Under the pieces are notes generated by a model. That model did not search any database. It was not told the DNA's origin and saw nothing but the letters and a program-made list of their open reading frames with translations. 64,000 nt of DNA, taken from Octopus sinensis (lineage: Eukaryota). Where the stretch lies: positions 126,170,001-126,234,000 of the forward strand of contig NC_042999.1 in NCBI RefSeq assembly GCF_006345805.1. Direction: 5' to 3'. The translations under genes and the position numbers were made by a program. Below are positions 55,146 through 64,000 of this stretch, in pieces; positions within the stretch are counted from its first letter, which is position 1, and the number at the start of each line of letters is the position of its first letter.

Positions 55146-55182
<37 letters not shown>

Positions 55183-55377
55183 ATATATATATATATATAT
55201 TATATATATATATATATATAATATATATATATACATACCAATTAAGGACTTAATTGGTATATATAAATATTTTAATCTTCGGATTCTTTCTTTAATATGC
55301 TAGACCACTGGTTCTAATTGATAAATATCAATTTCTACCCTAAATTTAATTTTATATATATACATATATATAGGTGC

Positions 55378-55433
<56 letters not shown>

Positions 55434-55530
55434 ATACCTACATACATACATACATACATACATACATACATACATACATACATACATACATACATACATA
55501 CAAACATACATACATACATACATACATACA
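54680..55530. repeat. Long (TA)n/(CATA)n microsatellite cluster
   Basis: Direct reading. Confidence 0.9.
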
Positions 55531-55734
55531 TACGAATGTGAGATTTGTGGTGGGAATCGCGTTACCACATGGTTTCATTAGGTGATATATAAGACGGAAA
55601 CGATTTTGTCATATCACATACGTAAAATGGAAATGAGACTGATATGTAATTCTGGTGCATGACAATTCCATTTGAAACAAAGTTGCGTGAAACGATAACA
55701 GATAAATAAATGGAACAGAAAAACTCTAAACCTG

Positions 55735-56520
55735 TGGTGATATTGCCACCTGGCAAGTGAGAAAGGAACAATAGTGCCATGCAGCATTTAAGTAATAAGC
55801 AACAATATTATCATGTGGTAACGGTGTTACATGACAAAGGCGATGTGAGCAATATTGACATGTAGCGACAGACAAGAACAATAGCACCATGTTACATGAC
55901 AGATGAGACAGAAAAAATTACCGTGTGATGACATTATCACATGACAAATTAAACAGAAACAATATTTTCGTGGAGCATTGTCATACGACATGAAATAGGA
56001 ATAACATTATCATGTGCTGACATTGTCGCATGAGGAATGGGGCAGGAACACTGTTATCATGTGATGAGATCATCACGTGTTAGATGAGTCAGGTAAAATA
56101 TTGTCATGTGGGAACATTGTCACGTGAAATGTGATACAGGAAGAATATTGATATGTGGTGATATCGTCACGTGAAAAACCGATACAGGAGCAATATTTTA
56201 ACATGCAGTAACATTGTGACATGACAAATGAGACGAGAAAATATTGACATGTGGTGACATTGTGGTATGCCAGATGAGACTGGAAAAATATTGACCATGT
56301 GGCAACATTGTCACGTGACAAATGATTAGGGAACACTCATTCCATGAAGTGGCATAGTCATATGACAAATGAGGGAGAACAACATTGACATGTGGTGATC
56401 TTACCAGATGAGGAATAAGACACGAAAAAGCTATTACTATGTGGTGACAGTGTCACATGACAAATAAAACTGGAACAATATTGTCATGTGTGACAACGTC
56501 ACATGACAAGGTAGCCATGA
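55735..56520. repeat. Degenerate minisatellite, unit about 47-49 bp
   Basis: Recurrent gaacaatattg(t/a)catgtggtgacattgtcac(g/a)tgacaaatgagacag. Confidence 0.85.
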
Positions 56521-57235
56521 GAAATGTTTGGAACTCGTTTGATATAAAAGATTTATTTTGTATAAAGACTTATATAGTTTTAGTTTATTTTTTAATCAAG
56601 AACTAAATCATGTTAGAACGAATGTTAACCTTATTATATAATAGGGAACAGATGGTTTCTCCTTCGTTCTTTCTTACGTTCTATCATTTATTTTCTCCGT
56701 CCTTTCGCTGTCTCTCCTTCCCCCTCTCTCTTTCTCTCTTTCTTTCTTTCATACTCACTTTCACTCGTTCTTTCTTTCTGCATCTCTGTCCACATCTCAC
56801 TTTTTCAAAGTTTGACTGATTATCCGTCTCCTTTAAATTTGTCTTCCATACGCACGCACCAGTCACGCACAAACACACTCCCTCAGTCCATCTCTCTTCC
56901 TTTTCATTCCCTTTCTCGCATTCTCTTCTTGTCTTTCATGCTATATTTATTTTTCTCCTTTTTCTTCTTCTCGTTTTCTCTAACATTCCATCTGTCTGTC
57001 TCTTTTACTCTCTCTTTCTCCCCCCCTCTCTCTCTGACATCGGTTGTCTTTCATTTTCGTTTTAAAGACATCCTCTGGAAATAGTGAATGTCCTGTATAT
57101 TTGTATTATGTTTATATAATGCAGTCTACGTAAATAAAAACCAAATATGTAACATGTCTATAATGAAGTGGACACTTAGTAAAATGAATAAAATATACGG
57201 AAATTTGAAATGAAATAAATATATTATATAAACAC

Positions 57236-57289
57236 TGAGAGAGAGAGAGAGAAGGAGAGAGATGGAGAGAGAGAAAGAAAGACATACAT

Positions 57290-57345
<56 letters not shown>

Positions 57346-57357
57346 ATGTATATATAC

Positions 57358-57424
<67 letters not shown>

Positions 57425-57425
57425 C

Positions 57426-57488
<63 letters not shown>

Positions 57489-57632
57489 CAGACATAAAGA
57501 GAGTCAGACAGACACACATAAAGACAGGCAGGCAGGCAGGCAGTCAGACAAACAGACGGACAAATGGATAGATAGATATACAAACAGAGAGACAGGCAGC
57601 CCGACAGACCGACAGATAGAGATAGAAAGAAC

Positions 57633-57728
<96 letters not shown>
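57236..57728. repeat. (AG)/(TA)/(GATA)n/(GACA)n microsatellites
   Basis: Direct reading. Confidence 0.95.
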
Positions 57729-58389
57729 GTGGGGGTGAATTAACAACTGATGAAATCTTAGGGTTACTCTCCAAGGATGAATACTGATTTTTTTCCAGAG
57801 AAAGAGAGAAAAATCAACTTCAGTGTTGGATTTGTATTTCATTTATCGACCTGAAAGGATGAAAGTTGATGTCGAAGTCAGAGCCCTGTGGTGTCAAATA
57901 TATGGATTCAGGTAATATGGTAGTACTTATAAAAAAGCTGAAAGTGCATCTTGGGTACTAGATTTGCAAACTCCTTATCAATGGTCCATGGATGTCCTCT
58001 TTCTCGTATATTTTTCTAACATTCATGTTCAGAGAGCAGCTGATTTCCATAACAGAGCATATCTTTGTGGTCCCATGTATGTATGTCTGTATGTATGTAT
58101 GTATGTATGTATGTATGTATGTATGTATGTATGTATGTATGTATGCATGCATGCATGCGTGTGTGTGTATGTATGTATGTATGTATGTATGTATGTATGT
58201 ATGTATGTATGTATGTATGTATGTTTTATACTCTTTTTTTTTTTTTAGAAGCTAGTTTTTTTATAAAGATAAGCATTATCCTTAGGATGTAGATAACAAA
58301 ATCAATCTCACATGTTGAACTCGAGAAATGTATTGCATGCTTTTACTGTTCCGCTTACAGACTGTAATTATATATATTTATGCGCGTGT

Positions 58390-58605
58390 ATATGTTTGTG
58401 TGTCTGTGTTTGTTCCCCCAACATCGCTTGACAACCGATGCTGGTGTATTTACAGTCCCCGTAACATAGCGGTTCGGCAAAAGAGACCGATAGAATGAGT
58501 ACTAGGCTTACAAAGAATAAGTCCTGGGGTCGATTTGCTCGACTAAAGGTGGTACTCCAGCATGGCCACAGTCACATGACTGAAACAAGTAAAATAGTAA
58601 AAGAG
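58390..58605 (+). mobile_element. Family B SINE 3' half
   Basis: cgcttgacaaccgatgctggtg...gactgaaacaagtaaaa. Confidence 0.8.
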
Positions 58606-58985
58606 TACTGTTTTAAAGACGGAAGGACGTATTGCATAATATGACTCTAGGTGCATTGTGCTCACAAAAAAAAATACAAAAAAAAAACTGGTTGGTTAGG
58701 GCCGGAACACATTTAATTAGAGGCCTGCTCAATCAGGGCAAATATTGTGCCAAACATTAATAATTTCAGAGAACTGTTATCCAATATATTTAATCATTGT
58801 ATATTTAATCATGTAACAATTCGAGCCTCTGAACAAAGGCTCGTTTCTTTGGAGCAGCAACAGTAGCACACTGAATAAATATACTTTGGTCATCTTACAA
58901 GCCACAAACATCAAAATAGACTGGAAGGTGAAGAGAATATTCAGAATGTCAGACTGTGCATTTTAAGTTAACCGCTGCATGTCGG

Positions 58986-59240
58986 GTGGAGATGTGTGGC
59001 CTAGTGGTTAGAGTATTTGACTCATGATCGTAAGATTATGATTTCAATTCTTGGATCGGGTGATGGGTTGTGTTTTTGAGCAAAACACTTCATTTCATGC
59101 TGCTCTAGTTGCGCCAATTAACAAAAATGAATAATCCTGCGACGGACCGGCGTCCTATCCAATAGGTAAATATATATATACGTCACGAAAACCGGAAAAC
59201 CGGCCCTTATGACTTCATAAGGCTTGATAAGGATGTTTTT
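58986..59240 (+). mobile_element. Family C-like tRNA SINE
   Basis: gtggcctagtggttagagt...gagcaaaacacttcatttca. Confidence 0.75.
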
Positions 59241-59539
59241 TTTTTTTATCTTTACTGTATGTCGGTGTGTGCAGTGTGTTTCTCAGCCAGACAAAGGAAT
59301 AATATGTTTACAACAACAATTGCGTATGTTGCACTTAATCGCTTGACGATTAACTTCGTGGATTGCGTCTGCTCTATCGAAGTTGAACCAGCCTTACACA
59401 ACAATCGTCTCAAATTTGACTACGTGTAATGATACTTGTGTAACGATTCCCTTCATAATGGGGTCAATTCCAAGAGCCTAAATCCATTTGTAACTGTCGC
59501 AACCCAGGATCCTGCCTACTTGACCAACGATATATGATT

Positions 59540-60260
59540 AAATCTATCATATATTAGGCAGAAGTTACTGCAACCCTAAATGATAATACAACTGATAAGA
59601 AGACCTATACAGGATTATATGAAGAAGAATTTTAAAATCGCTATGCCAATGCATAGCGATTTTAAAATTCTCCTTCCGACATAGGGACAAAAGCAAAGCT
59701 CCTACGTTGGCTAGCTACGTATGGAGTTTGAAAGATAACGAAACACCACATGTGATTAAGTGGAAAACAATTGAGAAATCAATACCTTATGTTAATCAAT
59801 CTGATAAATGTAGCCTTTGTTTAGCTGAAAGAATACAGATCTGTTCATATCGAAGTTCCCTAGCTCTCTACTGAATTCTAGGTCTGAAATTTTCAGCGGT
59901 TGCATGCATATGCATGCATATATTTCGAAGAATTGGAAAATTCAGCCTATTCCTGATTAACTCGTTGATATCTTTCCAGCCTTATAATTTAAGGTCTAAG
60001 CAAGATAACTCTTTTACCTTTTTACTTTTTACAGTTTAGTTGTTGTGTTTTCGCTTTCCGTCTTTTTAAACTTCCGCGTTTTCTATATCGTTTTCTATAT
60101 CACATTTCTTCTTATTCAATCTTTTTTAGTTCGTTATGATATGTGGTTTGTGCCTGATGAATATGTTTGAGATACGTCTCAGCATATAAAACTATTAGTA
60201 GCACTTAAAGACACGTATTGTGTCCTTTAAATAGATAATAAATAAATAATATTTATCTCT
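59540..60260 (+). mobile_element. Naiad-type PLE 3' end (GIY-YIG C-terminus + pLTR)
   Basis: KTYTGLYEEEF*NRYAN; LASYVWSLKD...IKWKTIEKSIPY...KCSLCLAERIQI; hammerhead downstream. Confidence 0.8.
60150..60204 (+). ncRNA. Hammerhead motif with G12A core change
   Basis: GUGC-CUGAUGA-AUAUGUUUGAGA(UACG)UCUCAGCAUAU-AAAAC-UAUUA-GUA-GCAC. Confidence 0.7.
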
Positions 60261-60915
60261 CACCAGATAGAGTGCATTTGCTGAATTTTCTATCACGGAA
60301 CAGTACATTACACACACACAGACACACACACACATATATATATAGAGAGAGAGAGACCATTCATACATATGTGTGCGTTTATGTATGTATGTGTTTCTGT
60401 ATGTATGAACGAGTGTATGTATTTGTACCCATGGGTGTACGTGGAAGATCCACTTGTGATAAACGTTCGATTTTATAGTTCGATTTTATACGGTAAGTCG
60501 TATTCAAGAGGACCAATTGAATAAAATATTTCTTGCATTTTCTCGCATTTTATCGTTTGATAACTGTGTAAGTGTGTGTGTATGTGTGTTTGTGCGTGCG
60601 TGCGTGTGTGTGTGCAGGCACACATATATACATACAGTTAAACTTATCGATATTTCTATTCAGTATTCAGCTAACTAAATGATTTATGGATGTTTTAACG
60701 AAATACATATTGAGAAAATGAAATAGCATCTAATTGCCTATGGTTTACATGTCGGAAGCACAGATAGTAACATTTACACTGGTAATTATATTAGTATGTA
60801 TGTATGTATGTATGTATGTATGTATGTATGTATGTATGTATGTATGTATGTATGTATGTATGTATGTATGTATGTATGTATGTATGTATGTATGTATGTA
60901 TGTATGTATGTATTA

Positions 60916-61137
60916 GGCGGCGAGCTGGCAGAAACATTAGCACGCCGGGCGAAATGCGTAGTCATATTTCGTCTGCCGTTACGTTCTGAGTTCAAATTCC
61001 ACCGAGGTCGACTTTGCCTTTCATCCTTTCAGGGTCGATAAATTAAGTACCAGTTACGTCGATGTAAACGGCTTAATCCGTTTGTCTGTCCTTGTTTGTC
61101 CCCTCTGTGTTTAGCCCCTTGTGGGTAGTAAAGAAAT
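60916..61137 (+). mobile_element. Family A SINE, young subfamily
   Basis: Full head through 3' gtgggtagtaaagaaata. Confidence 0.85.
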
Positions 61138-61509
61138 ATATATATATATATATATATACATATGTATGTATGTATGTATGTATGTATGCATGTATGTATG
61201 TATGTATGTGTGTGTGTGTGTGTGTGTGTGAATTTGAATGATCTCCATTATTTCCTTTATGCGTTCCAGTCCTATAGCTTTGGCCATGTTGGGGCATTCA
61301 TTATTTAAATCAGAAAACATTTAAATATTTTCATTGCATAATTAAACACATTGCTACAAACATGCATGGACACTTTATAAATGAATTTTATATAATGTAT
61401 ACTGAATAAAGCAGGCACTTTTATGCCAATACAATCTTCGTTGTAAGTTCGCCCCTGGCCTGAAACAAGTTCAACTTCTTAGCATATTTGATGCTATAGG
61501 TACTATATA

Positions 61510-61741
61510 TATTTCTTTACTACCCACAAGGGGCTAAACACAGAGGGGACAAACAAGGACAGATAAACGGATTAAGTCGATTACATCGACCCCAGTGCGT
61601 AACTGGTACTTAATTTATCGACCCCGAAAGGATGAAAGGCAAAGTCGACCTCGACGGAATTTGAACTCAGAACGTAACGGCAGACGAAATACGGCTACGC
61701 ATTTCGCCCGGTGTGCTAACGTTTCTGCCAGCTCGCCGCCT
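61510..61741 (-). mobile_element. Family A SINE, young subfamily, with 15-bp TSD
   Basis: tataggtactatata at 61495-61509 and 61742-61756. Confidence 0.9.
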
Positions 61742-62039
61742 TATAGGTACTATATAATAAATGTATTAGTCAATTGGTACTTAATGCCGTTTTTATTGTC
61801 GAATAGAACTGACTTTATACATTTTGGTATTCAATCGGCTCTGTTCGACTAATTTTCAATTATCAATGTCCTTTTCCTCACCATCTCTTTTACTGTTTTT
61901 TTTTACGTTACCCATAAGGAATGTGTGCGTGTGTGTGTGTGTGTGTGAGAGAGTGAGAGAGAGAGAGAGTTTATGCGGAGAGGAGCCTTTGTGTGCAAGC
62001 TATTAAGCAAGCGTTAACATTAGAATTCCTGGAATTATA

Positions 62040-62081
62040 TGTACGTATGTATGTTTACATATATACAAAATAAAAAAACGT

Positions 62082-62118
<37 letters not shown>

Positions 62119-62119
62119 T

Positions 62120-62169
<50 letters not shown>

Positions 62170-62470
62170 AAGAGAGACAGGCAGACAGACAGACAGACAG
62201 ACAGAGATAGATATAGATAGACAGATAAATAGATCGGTAGATATACATATATATATATTTGTATACATACATACATATATATGTATATATAGATACATAT
62301 ACACGTATATATATATATATACGTACATATATATATATATATATACACACATATATATGTACATATATATCTCTATACGTATACATATATACAGTTACAT
62401 ACGTATATATACGTATATATATGCATATATATACTCGTGCGCACACGCACATACACACTTACACACACAC
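62040..62470. repeat. (TA)/(AG)/(GACA) compound microsatellite
   Basis: Direct reading. Confidence 0.9.
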
Positions 62471-63472
62471 ACTTTCGTAGCTAGACACATTTATGTTTAT
62501 ATAAATACCTTAGATTGGCATTAGCAAAATAAATAATGCAACATGTGGTTATTCATGCACACATACATACACACCTAAATACACACACGCACATATACCT
62601 ACACACACACCTATATATGCATACACAGATACATGCTTTGACATAAAGTAGGTGGGAGAGAGGGGGGGAGAGATTCTCTTTATGTCAAATTGAAAAAGTC
62701 GTCACAAAAAGTGTTTTTTTTATCTATACACTAACAATAATTAATCCGCACACACACACACACACGCGATCATACACACACACGTATACAGACATACACT
62801 GAATGACAATACAGGCAGACAGACAAACGGGCAGTCCGTGGAAGGGAAATAAATGTAATAAGTATAATAAATATACAATATACACGCCCTTTCTTGAATT
62901 GAGTTTTTATTTTGCACGCGATTTATATGTTTATATATTTACCTGTATGCATGTATAGAAACATAGGTATACAGGGAAAACCGAAAACAGCATAATAATC
63001 AAACACACACACACACACACACACTCACACACACACACACACACACGCACGCACACACCACGCACACTCAACCACGCAACACACACACACGCACGCATGT
63101 ATTAACGTTCACACGCAAGATGTCTGCACTGTGTTCACTAGGTTTTTGCGTTCATTTTATGTCACTCTTATTCGTTCTGAAGTTCGTCACGTTGCATGGT
63201 AACAACAAGAACGAGAACAATAACAATAAATACAAAATAAGTCTGACAGTCTAACAGAAGCAAACTCAGCAGCAACAACAAATACAGTTACAAGAAATAT
63301 AACAAAAACAACAACAAAAACATCTACACAAACAAAACATGCATACGCAGCAACAAACACTAAGAATAACAAGAATGGAATCAAGGTTAGGTGCAGGCGT
63401 TACTAAGAAGAAAACACCAATAACATCATTAGAGAAAAAATACCAGCATGAGAAACAGCTACAATAATAATA

Positions 63473-64000
63473 ATCCTTTCTACTGTAGGCACAAGACCTG
63501 AAATTTTGGGGTAGTGAATAAGTCGATCACATCGACCCCAGTACCTGACTGGTACTTAATTTATCGATCCCGAAAGGATGAAAGGCGAAGTCGAGTTCGG
63601 TTGAATTTGAATTCAGAACGTACCAACGGCCAAAATGCCGCTAAGCATTTTGCCCGGCGTGCTAACGATCCTGCCAGCTCGCCGCTTTAGATACTATTAT
63701 AATAATGGTTTCAAATTTTGCCACAAGGGAAGCCTTTTCGGGGGAGGGGGATCGATTACATCAACTCCAGTAATTCACTGGTGCTTATTTTATCGGCCCG
63801 AAAGGATAAAAAGCAAAGTCGACCTCGGCGGAACTTGAACTCAGAACGTAGCAACGGCTGAAATACCTATTTCTTTACTACCCACAAGGGGCTAAACACA
63901 AAGAGGACAAACAAGGACAGACAAACGGATTAAGTCGATTATATCGACCCCAGTGTGTAACTGGTATTTATTTAATCGACTCCGAAAGGATGAAAGGCAA
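63473..64000 (-). mobile_element. Three tandem family A SINEs (63473-63686, 63706-63862, 63866-end)
   Basis: Repeated ggtacttaatttatcga-cccgaaaggatgaaaggc core. Confidence 0.85.

Noticed and set aside
55735-56520. CRISPR-like array
   Set aside because: Whole units are homologous, there are no unique spacers or cas genes, and the context is eukaryotic

Overview
AT-rich, microsatellite-dense animal genomic DNA with no recognisable host exon. The SINE, LINE and microsatellite content suggests an intron or intergenic region of an octopus-like cephalopod (inference). Almost all tracked ORFs are translated microsatellites. Real coding remnants are all transposon-derived: a nearly complete but frameshifted Penelope-like element (PLE; Naiad-type RT + GIY-YIG, 3127-7175, minus), several decayed PLE fragments, RTE LINEs, an R4/Dong-like LINE, a Helitron and Tc1/mariner/maT relics, plus about 20 tRNA-derived SINEs. 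The most striking pattern is a set of minimal type-I hammerhead ribozyme motifs (CUGANGA...GAAAC-palindrome-GUH). They sit in PLE pseudo-LTRs, in short fold-back elements embedded in (TA)n arrays, and in a composite of tRNA head + (AAT)n + hammerhead that looks like a PLE-mobilised SINE. All structures were read by eye, and repeat boundaries are approximate.
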